A DNA stretch of 64,000 nt from Candidatus Vecturithrix sp. (GCA_040772385.1 JAXGYF010000001.1:5048545-5112544); one strand, 5' to 3'. Positions 28,489-38,849 are shown, numbered from the stretch's first letter. Notes: a model not told the origin generated them from the sequence alone. Made by a program: numbers and translations.

Positions 28489-29486
28489 AGCACGCACGTA
28501 CCAGTCAGAAAAGTTATCGGCTTAGCTCTGTAAAAACCGCGCTCGGCCCTTATGTGGTGCTGATGCTCTTGATCATCATCGCCTCGATTCTTGCGCCCGG
28601 ATTTTTAACAGTGCAAAATGTGTTGAATTTACTCAGAAGTTTTTCCTTTCTCGGATTTATCAGTATTGGTATGACCTTTGTGATCCTCTCGGCCGGCATT
28701 GATTTATCCGTCGCTTCGGTTCTTGCGCTGTGTGGGGTCGTAACCGCTCTCCTCCAGCATTGGGGCATCTATTTAGGCTATACCGACGAGCTTTCCTTTA
28801 TCTATCCTGTGCCCTTGATTTTTTTTACTGTGCTCGTCATCGGCGCGGCGCTCGGCTTTATAAACGGACTGGTTATCGCAAAATTGAAAATTGCTGATTT
28901 TGCGGCGACTTTGGGTATGATGGTCTTTGCCAGAGGATTGGCATTTGCTATCAGCGGGGGGCGGACGATCTTTGGCGTGAGTGAAGCAACGCTCTTTATG
29001 GGACGGGGCACAATCGGAAACATCCCCTTTGTCGCACTTTTGTGGATTGCGGCGATTCTGATCAGCGGGTTTGTCCTGAAATACACAATTTTCGGAAAAA
29101 ACCTCTATGCCAGCGGAGAAAATCCTGAAGCAGCCAGACTGTCAGGAATCAATCCTGATTTTTATAAAATCGCAGTCTATACGATCTCCGGATTTTTGGC
29201 CGCCCTGGCCGGAATCTGCATGACCGGACGTTTGAACGTCGGCGAACCCCGAGTCGCACAGGGCTGGGAATTGGATGCGATTGCAGCGGTCGTGATTGGC
29301 GGCACATCTTTTGCCGGAGGAGAGGGAGGAATCGTCAAAACCATTGTCGGCGTTATGATTATCGCCTTGATCCGAAACATCCTGAGTTTACTCGGTATTC
29401 TGCCGGAACCTCAGCAGATGATCATGGGTGTTGTGTTGTTAGGGGCTGTGATCCTCCAACACTGGAGCGCCAAAAGAGAGGTATAA
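28485..29486 (+). CDS. Sugar ABC transporter permease (second RbsC-like subunit)
   Basis: Paralog of the 25958-26965 permease, with GIDLSVASVLA and GWELDAIAAVVIGGTS motifs. Confidence 0.85.
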   Translation: MKHARTSQKSYRLSSVKTALGPYVVLMLLIIIASILAPGFLTVQNVLNLLRSFSFLGFISIGMTFVILSAGIDLSVASVLALCGVVTALLQHWGIYLGYTDELSFIYPVPLIFFTVLVIGAALGFINGLVIAKLKIADFAATLGMMVFARGLAFAISGGRTIFGVSEATLFMGRGTIGNIPFVALLWIAAILISGFVLKYTIFGKNLYASGENPEAARLSGINPDFYKIAVYTISGFLAALAGICMTGRLNVGEPRVAQGWELDAIAAVVIGGTSFAGGEGGIVKTIVGVMIIALIRNILSLLGILPEPQQMIMGVVLLGAVILQHWSAKREV

Positions 29487-29494
29487 TATGAACT

Positions 29495-29560
29495 TCTATG
29501 CTCGTAGTTCGCGCTTTAGCGCGTTCTTCCGCCTGAAGGCGGAACTACGAACTCATCTAC
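29495..29560. repeat. Single copy of the repeat family C double-hairpin element
   Basis: CGTAGTTCGCGCTTTAGCGCGTTCTTCCGCCTGAAGGCGGAACTACG. Confidence 0.7.
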
Positions 29561-29587
29561 GCTAACTTACCAGGAACTCTATTCATT

Positions 29588-30355
29588 ATGAACACATACG
29601 ACACACAGAAAAGATTTACAGAAAAAGTGGCCATTATTACCGGAGCCGGACTGGGGATGGGACGCCAGACAGCGTTGGATATGGCAGCAGAAGGGGCTAA
29701 CATTGCTGCGGTTGATATTCTTGAAGACCATATTGGCTCGCTACAGCAAGAGATCGAAACAGGCGGCGGGCAATGCCTTGCCATCCGCTGTGATATTGCC
29801 GACCGGCAGCAAGTGGAGGCGATGGTCAAAAAAACCTTCAAAACTTTCGGGCGGATTGATATTCTGATTAACAACGCCGGGTTGCTGATTCCGGGTACAA
29901 TTGAGGAAACCACGGATGAATTGATTGATAAAACCCTGGCTATTAATGTCAAAGGCGTGTTATATGCCATCCGGGCCGTGACGCCGATTATGAAAGCCCA
30001 GAAATATGGCCGAATCGTGAATGTTGCTTCCATCACAGGGAAACGGGGAGATAACTCTACGATCTTTGTCTATGGCGCATCCAAAGGTGCGGTGATCTCG
30101 CTTACCCGTTCGACCGCCAGACAACTAGGGCCTTTTGGCATTACCTGCAACGCCATCGCGCCCCATGCTGTCATGACAGAGATGATGAAATATTGGGATG
30201 AAGACAAAAAAGCGCGCATGGCGGAATCCATCCCGCTCAAACGCCTGGGCACCGTCGCAGATATGTCCAATCTGATGAGGTTTCTGGCGTCCGATGAAGC
30301 CTCGTTTATTACCGGAGAAACGATAAATATTAACGGCGGTTATTATATGGATTGA
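29588..30355 (+). CDS. Short-chain dehydrogenase/reductase (SDR) family oxidoreductase
   Basis: TGAGLGMG cofactor-binding motif, NNAG, and the catalytic YGASK Tyr-x3-Lys. The protein is 255 aa. Confidence 0.85.
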   Translation: MNTYDTQKRFTEKVAIITGAGLGMGRQTALDMAAEGANIAAVDILEDHIGSLQQEIETGGGQCLAIRCDIADRQQVEAMVKKTFKTFGRIDILINNAGLLIPGTIEETTDELIDKTLAINVKGVLYAIRAVTPIMKAQKYGRIVNVASITGKRGDNSTIFVYGASKGAVISLTRSTARQLGPFGITCNAIAPHAVMTEMMKYWDEDKKARMAESIPLKRLGTVADMSNLMRFLASDEASFITGETININGGYYMD

Positions 30356-30401
30356 CAAATTTATGTTGTTCTTGATAGTGGTGAATTGTAGAAAAAACCG
30401 A

Positions 30402-30427
30402 GTTTTTTCAAAAAACTCGGTTTTTAA
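30402..30427. terminator. REP-type-1 hairpin AAAAACCGAGTTTTTTCAAAAAACTCGGTTTTT
   Basis: Palindrome after the SDR gene. Confidence 0.6.
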
Positions 30428-30457
30428 GAGAATACGCAACATCTACAAGGAGGAACT

Positions 30458-30769
30458 ATGGCAGAGAAAAATACAGAGGCATTAGGAATGATCGAAACGC
30501 GAGGGTTCGCCGCTATGGTGGAAGCTGCTGATGCAATGGTGAAAGCGGCAAAGGTGGACCTGGTGGGCTATGAAAAAATCGGCGGCGGCTATGTGACGGC
30601 TATTATCAGAGGCGATGTCGCGGCTGTGAGAGCCGCTGTTGACGCAGGAGCCCGCGCGGCCGAACGTGTCGGAGAAATCGTATCCACCCATGTTATTCCC
30701 CGGCCTCACGGTAATGTGGATTGTGCGCTGCCGCTTGGCCGCAAGCCTGAAGAAGGGAAAGAGTTATGA
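30458..30769 (+). CDS. BMC shell protein, BMC-H (PduA/EutM-like hexamer)
   Basis: Canonical BMC domain: [58 protein letters not shown]. Confidence 0.9.
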   Translation: MAEKNTEALGMIETRGFAAMVEAADAMVKAAKVDLVGYEKIGGGYVTAIIRGDVAAVRAAVDAGARAAERVGEIVSTHVIPRPHGNVDCALPLGRKPEEGKEL

Positions 30770-31398
30770 ATATTGACGTAAGAACCTATATTTTTTTAGA
30801 TTCATTGCAATTACAAATGGCCTCGTTTCTTGCGACGATTTCACGCGGCTATTATCCGGTGGCGGATCAGGCCTGCTGCATCATTGAAATCGCTCCTGGC
30901 ATTGAAATTAACCGCTTAACGGATATTGCCTTAAAAGCGACCAATGTTGCGCCCGGCTTGCAGGTGGTCGAACGCGCCTTTGGACTGCTGGAAGTTCATT
31001 CGGATGAACAAGGCGATGCGCGTCAGGCCGGCGAAGCTATTTTGCAAGAAATCGGGAAAACCGAAGCCGATCGTCTCAAACCGCGCATTTTGACCAGCCA
31101 ATTGATTCGCCATGTTACCGATCATCACGCTCAATTGATTAACCGGACGCGCTATGGCAACATGGTGCTGCGCGGCGACACCTTATATATTCTGGAAGTC
31201 GAACCCGCTGGCTACGCGTATTACGCCGCGAATGAAGCAGAAAAGGCGTCGCATATCAACATTATCAATGTCCAGGGGTTCGGAAAATACGGTCGTGTGT
31301 ATATTGCCGGTGACGAGGCTGAGGTGATTGAAAGTCAGACAATCGTCGAGGCTCGTTTAGAGGGCCTGACAGGTCGAACAGTTTCATCTTCTGATTAA
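30766..31398 (+). CDS. Probable tandem-BMC-domain shell protein (BMC-T)
   Basis: A 210-aa protein with two BMC-like halves ([22 protein letters not shown]... and [31 protein letters not shown]...). The call rests on manual pattern matching alone. Confidence 0.55.
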   Translation: MNIDVRTYIFLDSLQLQMASFLATISRGYYPVADQACCIIEIAPGIEINRLTDIALKATNVAPGLQVVERAFGLLEVHSDEQGDARQAGEAILQEIGKTEADRLKPRILTSQLIRHVTDHHAQLINRTRYGNMVLRGDTLYILEVEPAGYAYYAANEAEKASHINIINVQGFGKYGRVYIAGDEAEVIESQTIVEARLEGLTGRTVSSSD

Positions 31399-31409
31399 CA
31401 AGTGAGGAT

Positions 31410-31715
31410 ATGAACATGGCAGAACAACAGACAGATGCTTTAGGCATGATTGAGACCCGCGGATTTGCGGCCATGGTGGAAGCCGCTGATGCAATGGTCA
31501 AGGCCGCAAAAGTCGAACTGATTGGATATGAACAGATTGGCGGCGGTTATGTGACCGCCATCGTGCGCGGTGATGTGGCGGCCGTACGCGCTGCCGTTGA
31601 CGCTGGTGCGCGCGCGGCAGAACGGATCGGCGAAATCGTCTCAACGCATGTTATTCCACGGCCCCATACAAATGTGGACAACGCCCTGCCGCTCGGGCGC
31701 CAGGCGCAAGAATAA
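31410..31715 (+). CDS. BMC shell protein, BMC-H (second paralog)
   Basis: Near-identical core to the 30458 gene: [58 protein letters not shown]. Confidence 0.9.
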   Translation: MNMAEQQTDALGMIETRGFAAMVEAADAMVKAAKVELIGYEQIGGGYVTAIVRGDVAAVRAAVDAGARAAERIGEIVSTHVIPRPHTNVDNALPLGRQAQE

Positions 31716-31744
31716 CAAGGCTTAAGCCTTGACATCAATGTCAA

Positions 31745-31835
31745 GGCTCAAAGCAAAAGCAGGCTAAAGCCAGCTAGAGTGCGCTTTAGCGTACTTCAGC
31801 TTTGAGCCTGGCGATTGATCGCCAGGCTTAAGTCT
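31745..31835. repeat. Repeat family A element (partial) plus a CTTAAGCCTTGACATCAATGTCAAGGCTCAAAG hairpin, inside the BMC operon
   Basis: Contains AAGCAGGCTAAAGCCAGCT...CTGGCGATTGATCGCCAGGC. Confidence 0.6.
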
Positions 31836-31847
31836 GAAAGGAAAACC

Positions 31848-32153
31848 ATGGTACTGGCACGTGTCGTAGGGACGGTCGTCTCAACGCATAAAAGCAAAAA
31901 AATTGAAGGGATCACATTTTTACTCCTGGAACACCTGGACCCATCTACCATGCAAGGGAAAAATAGTTACATCGTGGCCATGGATGCGGTTGGAGCAGGA
32001 ACAGGGGAAGTCGTGTTTTACGTTAGCGGGAGCAGCGCACGCATGACGCCCGTCACTGAAGGAAAACCGGCGGACGCCTCAATTATCGCTATTGTTGATA
32101 GCATTGAAAAAGACGGGCAGTATGTGTATCAGAAAGCCAGGGAGGAGCGATGA
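31848..32153 (+). CDS. BMC vertex protein, BMC-P (EutN/CcmL family), paralog 1
   Basis: MVLARVVGTVVSTHK... is typical of EutN_CcmL. Start is placed at the ATG with an AAGGAAAACC RBS. Confidence 0.85.
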   Translation: MVLARVVGTVVSTHKSKKIEGITFLLLEHLDPSTMQGKNSYIVAMDAVGAGTGEVVFYVSGSSARMTPVTEGKPADASIIAIVDSIEKDGQYVYQKAREER

Positions 32154-32437
32154 TTCTTGCAATGGTTGTGGGGACAGTTGTCAGCCGTGAACGCGCTGAT
32201 GGTCTCGAGGCCCCTACCTATCTCTTAGTCGAACGCTGCGATCAGCAAGGAACCGGCAAACGCGATTTTCTGGTCGCTCTGGATTTAATTGGGGCCGGAT
32301 ACGGGGAAGTTGTGCTCCTGAGTCAGGGCAGTGCGGCCCGTCAAACACCGACTACCGATGATCGCCCGATTGATGCAGCCATCGTCGGCCTTGTTGATCT
32401 GATCGATCAAGAAAACAAGGTACTCTACCGGAAATAG
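32150..32437 (+). CDS. BMC vertex protein, BMC-P, paralog 2
   Basis: MILAMVVGTVVSRER...ALDLIGAGYGEVVLLSQGSAAR. Confidence 0.85.
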   Translation: MILAMVVGTVVSRERADGLEAPTYLLVERCDQQGTGKRDFLVALDLIGAGYGEVVLLSQGSAARQTPTTDDRPIDAAIVGLVDLIDQENKVLYRK

Positions 32438-32490
32438 GCGTACCACACGCAGGAATGAACATTTCATTTATGTAGGAGAAGAAAAGGATT

Positions 32491-33912
32491 GTGGAAACGC
32501 TTGAACAAAATATTCGCGTTTTAGTTGAACAAGTCTTACAAGAGATCCATCCGCACAGTGTGCAATCCGAACCACCCTCTGAAAGCGGAATTGGGGTGTT
32601 TGCAGACATCAACAGCGCCATTGCTGCGGCTCGTATTGCCCACAACGAGTTGATGAAGCTGACGCTGGAAACCCGAAAAGCTCTCATTCAGAACATGCGA
32701 CAGACCATTCTGGATCACAATGAAGTGCTCTCAAAAAAGGCGGTCGAAGAAACAGGGCTGGGACGTTGGCAAAATAAACTCGCCAAGCACGAATTGGTCG
32801 CCCTGAAAACTCCGGGCGTGGAAGATCTGGAGCCGGTGTCATATACCGATGATCACGGCCTGACCCTGGTTGAACGCGCGCCTTATGGCGTCATCGGCGC
32901 GATTACGCCCAGTACGAACCCTTCTTCGAGCATTGTGAATAACAGCATCGGGATGATTGCGGCCGGAAATGCGGTCGTCTTCAATCCTCATCCTGCCGCC
33001 AAAACGATTTCAGCCATGACTATCTCTCTGCTAAACGAGGCGATTGTTCGGGCTGGCGGACCGCGTAACCTCCTTACGGCGATTGCAGCGCCAACTATTG
33101 AATCAGCGCAAGCCCTGATGAAACATCCCTATGTTGATTTGTTAGTGGTGACAGGCGGACCGGCGGTGGTGCGCGTGGCGATGAACAGCGGCAAAAAAGT
33201 CATTGCCGCGGGGCCGGGGAATCCGCCCTGCGTGGTGGATGAAACCGCAGATATCGAGAAAGCCGGCAAAGATATTGTGGATGGGGCCAGTTTCGACAAT
33301 AACATTGTGTGTATCTGTGAAAAAGAAGTATTGGTCGTAGCCTCGGTTGCCGACCGCTTAAAAACCGTGATGAAAATGCACGGCGCGTATGAACTGAATG
33401 AAGAGCAGATCGCGCAGATCACGAAATTAGTGATTGCTGAGCCTGGCGGTCCGGGCAGAGAAGGTGTTCCAAATAAAAAATATGTTGGCAAAACCCCAGA
33501 ATATATTGCAAAAGAGATCGGATTAAAGATTCCTGAGTCTATAAAACTCCTGCTGTGTGAAGTCGGACGCGAACATCCGCTGGTCTGGACCGAACAACTC
33601 ATGCCCGTCTTACCGCTTGTCCGCATGAGAAGCGTTGATGACGCCATTGAGTTAGCGGTTGAGTGCGAACATGGATTCCGGCATACCGCAATCATGCACT
33701 CCCTGAACATTAAAAAACTCTCGAGAATGGCGCGGATGATGAATTGTTCAATCTTTGTCAAAAACGGTCCCTGTTATGCAGGTCTGGGGCATGGCGGGGC
33801 TGGATTTACCTCGTTTACCATTGCCAGCCCCACGGGCGAAGGCTTAACCCGCGCTCGCACCTTTACGCGCGAACGACGCTGTACGCTGGTTGATTATTTT
33901 CGAATTGTCTGA
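32491..33912 (+). CDS. CoA-acylating aldehyde dehydrogenase (PduP/EutE-like) with an N-terminal encapsulation-peptide-like amphipathic helix
   Basis: The N-terminus LEQNIRVLVEQVLQEI is followed by an ALDH fold with a catalytic Cys in NNIVCICEKEV. Its position among shell genes supports the call. Confidence 0.85.
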   Translation: METLEQNIRVLVEQVLQEIHPHSVQSEPPSESGIGVFADINSAIAAARIAHNELMKLTLETRKALIQNMRQTILDHNEVLSKKAVEETGLGRWQNKLAKHELVALKTPGVEDLEPVSYTDDHGLTLVERAPYGVIGAITPSTNPSSSIVNNSIGMIAAGNAVVFNPHPAAKTISAMTISLLNEAIVRAGGPRNLLTAIAAPTIESAQALMKHPYVDLLVVTGGPAVVRVAMNSGKKVIAAGPGNPPCVVDETADIEKAGKDIVDGASFDNNIVCICEKEVLVVASVADRLKTVMKMHGAYELNEEQIAQITKLVIAEPGGPGREGVPNKKYVGKTPEYIAKEIGLKIPESIKLLLCEVGREHPLVWTEQLMPVLPLVRMRSVDDAIELAVECEHGFRHTAIMHSLNIKKLSRMARMMNCSIFVKNGPCYAGLGHGGAGFTSFTIASPTGEGLTRARTFTRERRCTLVDYFRIV

Positions 33913-33974
33913 ATAGAACACAGATTAGACTGATTGATCAGTCTCATCAGTCCAATCAGTGTTCTATTCCCCCT

Positions 33975-34253
33975 ATGAAATTAGGAAAAGTGATCGGACG
34001 AGTGGTCTGCACTCAAAAGTTAGAATATTTTGACGGCCTGAAATTGCTGCTGGTGCAGCCGCTCGATGAACAGCAGCGCGCCGCCGGCGATGCCCTGGTT
34101 GCGGTTGATACGGTTCAAGCCGGCGAGCAGGATCTGGTATTTTATGAAACCAGCAAAGAAGCCGGCTGGGCTTTGCCGGCATGGTACACCCCGGCTGATG
34201 CTGCCATTATGGGTATTATCGATCACCTGGAAGCAGGAGGAACGCCGTCATGA
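33975..34253 (+). CDS. BMC vertex protein, BMC-P, paralog 3
   Basis: MKLGKVIGRVVCTQK...AVDTVQAGEQDLVFY. Confidence 0.85.
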   Translation: MKLGKVIGRVVCTQKLEYFDGLKLLLVQPLDEQQRAAGDALVAVDTVQAGEQDLVFYETSKEAGWALPAWYTPADAAIMGIIDHLEAGGTPS

Positions 34254-34519
34254 TCCTGGGAAAAGTCGTTGGCAATGTGGTATCAACCGTCAAATGTCCT
34301 GATTATGATGGGTATAAATTACTGATTGTCCAGCCTGTTGATCCTGCCGGAGCGCCCAGCGGCAAGTCTCTGCTGGCGGTGGATGCCGCGCAGGCCGGCA
34401 TTGGGGATACGGTGCTGGTGATTGATGAAGGCGGCTCTGGCAGAGCCGTTTTGGAGGCTTCTGACAAACGCACGATCCGCACTGTCATTGCTGGCATTGT
34501 GGATGAAGTGTCTGTTTGA
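34250..34519 (+). CDS. BMC vertex protein, BMC-P, paralog 4
   Basis: MILGKVVGNVVSTVK...AVDAAQAGIGDTVLV. Confidence 0.85.
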   Translation: MILGKVVGNVVSTVKCPDYDGYKLLIVQPVDPAGAPSGKSLLAVDAAQAGIGDTVLVIDEGGSGRAVLEASDKRTIRTVIAGIVDEVSV

Positions 34520-35142
34520 ATATCATGGCAGAACAATCTCTTGAAAAACTTGTTGAAAATATTGTCAGAGAAATGTTGACCCGACAGGCGTCAGCCTCCT
34601 CTGATCCTGCGTCGTCTCAAGCAGAGGTGTCCCAGGCCAAAACGGTGAACGAGAAAGACCAGGTGCGGCGCGTGGCGATTGGCTCGGATCATGGTGGATT
34701 TGAGGCCAAAGAAACGCTGAAGATCTATTTACAGGGCCTGGGGTATCAGATCATGGATGTGGGCACGTATTCCAAAGAGAGCGTTGATTACCCTGATATT
34801 GCCGTGAAAGTCGCCCGGAAAGTTACCAGCGGCGATTGTGAGCGCGGCATTATGATTGACGGCGCGGGCATCGGATCGTCCATGGTGTGCAACAAAGTGT
34901 GCGGCATCCGCGCGGCCTTGTGTTATGATCTGCGCACGGTGGTCAACAGCCGGGAACATAACAACGCCAATGTCTTAACCTTAGGCGGCCCGCTGCACAG
35001 CGCGGATCAATTGTGCGAAATGGCAAAGGTCTGGCTGGAAACCAGATTTGGCGGAGGAAGACACTGGCCCAGAATCAATAAGATGATGGCTATTGAACGA
35101 AGGGAACGCCCTTACGAGGAACGAAAACATGGATCAGAATGA
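34516..35142 (+). CDS. rpiB: Ribose-5-phosphate isomerase B (RpiB/LacAB family) with a ~60-aa N-terminal extension (amphipathic helix plus Ser/Ala-rich linker)
   Basis: Core [14 protein letters not shown]...[26 protein letters not shown] matches RpiB. The extension [28 protein letters not shown] looks like an encapsulation peptide. Confidence 0.8.
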   Translation: MNIMAEQSLEKLVENIVREMLTRQASASSDPASSQAEVSQAKTVNEKDQVRRVAIGSDHGGFEAKETLKIYLQGLGYQIMDVGTYSKESVDYPDIAVKVARKVTSGDCERGIMIDGAGIGSSMVCNKVCGIRAALCYDLRTVVNSREHNNANVLTLGGPLHSADQLCEMAKVWLETRFGGGRHWPRINKMMAIERRERPYEERKHGSE

Positions 35143-35917
35143 ACTCATTGAAAAAATTACCAAAGAAGTGATGCAACGTTTACAGGCCGAACTCAGCCGG
35201 CAGGGGATGGGAACCGCCGTGCCGGCGGCCGGCGGCGTTCAGCTTTCAGCGGCTGAACTGGCAAAATATATTGATCACACCCTCTTAAAACCGGATGCCC
35301 TGCAAGGTGCGATTGATAAGGTTTGTGAAGAGGCGATTCAATATAAATTCAAATCCGTCTGCGTCAATTCAACCTGGGTGCCTTATGTGGCGAAAAAGCT
35401 GCAACGTACCGGCGTGCTGGTGTGCTCGGTGGTCGGATTTCCATTGGGCGCGATGGAGAGCCGCGCGAAAGCTTTTGAGACGCGTCAGGCGATTGAAAAC
35501 GGCGCGCGGGAGATTGACATGGTCATCAATGTCGGCGCGTTAAAATCCGGAGATTTGAAAACCGTGGAAGAAGACATTCGCGCCGTGCGGCGGGCTACGC
35601 GCGGCACCACCATTCTGAAAGTGATTCTTGAAACCTGCCTGTTGAAGGATGAGGGAAAAGTGATTGCCTGCGAGCTTGCCAAAAAAGTCGGCGCAGATTT
35701 TGTGAAAACCAGTACCGGATTTGCCGGCGGCGGTGCGACCGTGGAAGATGTGACCTTAATGCGGCGGGTTGTCGGCCCGAATATCGGCGTCAAAGCCAGC
35801 GGCGGTGTGCGCGACTACGAGACAGCTATTGCCATGATTGCCGCCGGCGCGACCCGGCTCGGCACGTCGTCCGGCGTCGCCATTGTCACCGGCGCACAGG
35901 GGAAAGGCGCGTATTAA
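35129..35917 (+). CDS. deoC: Deoxyribose-phosphate aldolase (DERA) with an N-terminal encapsulation-peptide-like extension
   Basis: The DeoC core ([25 protein letters not shown], Schiff-base Lys in DFVKTSTGF) is preceded by [19 protein letters not shown]. Start is placed at the ATG with a GAGGAA RBS; the ORF track gives a longer 35093 start. Confidence 0.85.
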   Translation: MDQNELIEKITKEVMQRLQAELSRQGMGTAVPAAGGVQLSAAELAKYIDHTLLKPDALQGAIDKVCEEAIQYKFKSVCVNSTWVPYVAKKLQRTGVLVCSVVGFPLGAMESRAKAFETRQAIENGAREIDMVINVGALKSGDLKTVEEDIRAVRRATRGTTILKVILETCLLKDEGKVIACELAKKVGADFVKTSTGFAGGGATVEDVTLMRRVVGPNIGVKASGGVRDYETAIAMIAAGATRLGTSSGVAIVTGAQGKGAY

Positions 35918-36021
35918 GGGCGTATTAAGTCCGCCCAGCCATCAATCGCCAGGAGACCGGGTACACGAGGTTGTCCTTCAAGTTATCCCTCCCCCTGTCA
36001 GCGCAGGGAGTTTATGTCCCT

Positions 36022-37008
36022 TTATTTATCGAGCGGACTCTTGACCGCGAGTGCGCCTGTTTGCATGACATGCGTGTAGATCATGGTGGTTGATACCTCT
36101 TCATGTCCGAGTAACTCCTGGACGATATGGATGTCATAGCCGTCTTCCAGCAGATGCGTGGCAAAACTGTGGCGGAACGCATGGCAGGTGACGCGTTTGG
36201 AAAGACCTGCGGCGCGGGCAGCCTGTTTGACAGCGCGCTGGAATCCTTCCCCGCTGGCATGATCGCGATAGGCCTTTCCGGATTGGGGATCGGTCGAAAG
36301 GGTTGCTGAGGGAAATACGTATTGCCAGATCCAGGCGGTTTCGGCGTGAGGATATTTTCGGGCCAGAGCAAAGGGCAAAGGCGTCCTGCCATGGCCAGCT
36401 TTCAGGTCATCTTCATGTAAGCGTTTGACCCTGGCAAGGTGATGCTGCAAAGGTTCTTGTAACACATCCGGCAGCATAGTGCGTCGGTCTTTCATCCCTT
36501 TACCGGAGCGGACGGTGATCTCACGCCGGGCAAAATCGAGGTCCTTGATGCGTAAGCACAGACATTCCATCATACGCAAACCGCTGCCATACAGCACCTG
36601 AGCCATGAGTTGATAGGTGCTTGAAAGCTGGTTGAGCACCCGTTGCACCTCTTCTCTGGTCAAGACGGTCGGAATATAGCTGGACTCTTTGGCTCGCTGA
36701 ACATGAATTTTGCCGGGCAGATCGATATTCAGGACTTTGCGATAGAGCAGAATGAGCGCGCAGAGCGCCTGACGCTGGGTCGTCGCCGTGACATGGCGTT
36801 TTACAGCTAAATGAGTGAGAAAGGCCTCGATCTCTGTTGTCCTCATCGTTGCCGGATGACGATAGCCATGAAAGCGTAGATATTGACGAATCCAGTCGAG
36901 ATACACTTCCTCCGTCCGCGGCGAATAGTGCTTGAAACGTATGGTTTTCCGGACTTGATCCAGCAGTTTGTTCAGTTCATCTGTTGATAACGTTCGTGTG
37001 CGATTCAT
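36022..37008 (-). CDS. intI: Integron integrase (IntI, tyrosine recombinase with the integron-specific additional domain)
   Basis: The IntI-specific insertion [24 protein letters not shown] aligns, by recall, to IntI1 [20 protein letters not shown]. Catalytic motifs [39 protein letters not shown] and a C-terminal AVKSPLD are present. Confidence 0.85.
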   Translation of the reverse strand: MNRTRTLSTDELNKLLDQVRKTIRFKHYSPRTEEVYLDWIRQYLRFHGYRHPATMRTTEIEAFLTHLAVKRHVTATTQRQALCALILLYRKVLNIDLPGKIHVQRAKESSYIPTVLTREEVQRVLNQLSSTYQLMAQVLYGSGLRMMECLCLRIKDLDFARREITVRSGKGMKDRRTMLPDVLQEPLQHHLARVKRLHEDDLKAGHGRTPLPFALARKYPHAETAWIWQYVFPSATLSTDPQSGKAYRDHASGEGFQRAVKQAARAAGLSKRVTCHAFRHSFATHLLEDGYDIHIVQELLGHEEVSTTMIYTHVMQTGALAVKSPLDK

Positions 37009-37215
37009 AAGAAACTACAAGGATTTCTCATAAGAAAAGGATTTCATTCAATCGTTCCAGAATCACAACAACGAATTCGTTCGTTTCTCAATTTGTTGTT
37101 GTGCTGGACAAGATTTCCTGGTGATCAATCGCCAGTCTCACAGCGGAAGGACGCTGAAGCGCCCTCCGGAATTCAGCAACGGGTTTCAACCTGCTTCAGC
37201 TTTGAGATCGGTCAT
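37008..37215. repeat. Inter-intI spacer with a partial family B repeat (37008-37045), hairpin CACAACAACGAATTCGTTCG...GTTGTTGTG, and a family A repeat (37120-37215)
   Basis: Direct sequence comparison with the other copies of families A and B. Confidence 0.6.
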
Positions 37216-37269
37216 TGGGTTGGATAGGCTTCCAGTAAGAAATTCTTGGCATTTCCTGACATCCACCAG

Positions 37270-38253
37270 TCAGCCTCTCCCATCCAGCGGACTTTTTATT
37301 TGTTGTCCGATCTTGTTCAACACATGCGAATAGATCATTGTGGTTTCCACATCCTTATGGCCTAACAGTTCCTGGACTGTTCGGATATCATAGCCGTCTT
37401 CCAGGAGATGCGTGGCAAAGCTGTGGCGCAGGGTACGACAATCGGCCGGTTTTGTGACCCCGGCAATATTTGCTGCTTCCTTGACCGCGCGTTGGAGCGT
37501 TGACTCATCGAGATGATGTCGCCGGGTTATGCCTGAGCGGGGATCCGCAGAGAGCTTACTGGCCGGGAAGACATATTGCCAGTTCCAATTTTTGTTGTCC
37601 GATTGATATTGCTGGGCCAGAATTGGCGGCAGGTAGACCGTGCCGCAGCCTTGCTTCAGATCGTATTCATGCAAAGCTCTGTCATAGCTCAGTTGCAACT
37701 TGATCAGCGGTTCCAGGCTGTGAGGCAGCACGGTGACATGATCTTCGTGTCCCTCGATGGTTCGTACCTGAATCTGGCTCTGCTTGAAATTCAGGTCATT
37801 CACGCGAAGTCGGAGACATTCCAGTACCTGGAGCCCGGCGCCATAGAGGAGGCGAATTGGAAGCTGATAGGCCGGAACGACCGCATTCAGGATGCGGTAC
37901 ACCTCATCTTTGGAGAGGATGTTTGGGAGATGCTGAGGGCATTTAGCGTACAAACGGTTGAGGTGTTCGGCGGTCTCTTCCATCTGAAGCACCTCGCGAT
38001 ACAAAAAACTCAGGGCACTCAGGGCTTGATTTTGGGTTGAGGCAGCCACGCCATCGTTGGCGGCCAGGTGAGTTAGAAAGGTCTTCACTTCTGCCACGCC
38101 CATATTTTGCGGATGCCGCTTCTCATGAAACAGAATAAAGCGTCGAATCCACTGAATGTAGGTCTTTTCGGTCCGTTTGGCGTACTCCAGCGTTTGGAGG
38201 AGATCGCTGACCTGATCAAGCAATTTTTTTTGCTGAGGCGGGTGGAGTGCCAT
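37270..38253 (-). CDS. intI: Integron integrase (second IntI paralog, tandem with the first)
   Basis: Carries the same additional domain ([25 protein letters not shown]) and catalytic region ([37 protein letters not shown]...IKSPLDG). The ORF track extends to 38322; the Met at 38253 gives a typical IntI length. Confidence 0.8.
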   Translation of the reverse strand: MALHPPQQKKLLDQVSDLLQTLEYAKRTEKTYIQWIRRFILFHEKRHPQNMGVAEVKTFLTHLAANDGVAASTQNQALSALSFLYREVLQMEETAEHLNRLYAKCPQHLPNILSKDEVYRILNAVVPAYQLPIRLLYGAGLQVLECLRLRVNDLNFKQSQIQVRTIEGHEDHVTVLPHSLEPLIKLQLSYDRALHEYDLKQGCGTVYLPPILAQQYQSDNKNWNWQYVFPASKLSADPRSGITRRHHLDESTLQRAVKEAANIAGVTKPADCRTLRHSFATHLLEDGYDIRTVQELLGHKDVETTMIYSHVLNKIGQQIKSPLDGRG

Positions 38254-38473
38254 GGTATTCTTTCCCCCTACATCAAGGTTCTTTAGTAGAATTTCACCAG
38301 GACATGCCTTTTTGCTTGACAAAAATTGAAAAAACCCGAAGATTTTTTTACACCTGCATAACTACAAGAACAGAGGAATACGTAAGAATTTTCAGTGGAG
38401 ATGTTTTTGTCAAGTATTTTCTTCCGGGAAACTCTCTTTTCGTGTATGAACGCGAGGGGGGGGCATCAGAGTG

Positions 38474-38849
38474 TATGAAAACCCGATCGACATTGAAGCG
38501 AGGGCAACGAGGCACGCTCAAACTGGCTCAGCACTATGGCGACCAGTTATTATATGTGCGGTACCGGTATGATCCGGTTCGGAAGAAACGTTTAAAAACC
38601 GTTGAACTGATTATTGAGGAAACTGATTGGGAGCCTGCTGAACAGTTTGCGCCGGATCAGATTGTTGGGGTTCAGGTTGCCATGGAAGAGACCGCTCTTC
38701 AGAAAGCGATTAGAAAGGCCGGAGGGGTCTGGAACCGACGTCGGAAAGTGTGGGAGGTTCGATACGATCGAGTGTGTGAGTTAGATTTGGAAACTCGAAT
38801 GGTTGCCGAAGTTGAAGAGATGTATGCAGCGGTGCAGGGGGTTGAGTAG
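38474..38849 (+). CDS. Hypothetical protein, first ORF downstream of the intI upstream region (possible cassette)
   Basis: An ORF with no recognisable domains. The start at the MKTRSTLKRGQRG Met is inferred, and the track ORF begins earlier at 38247. Confidence 0.3.
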
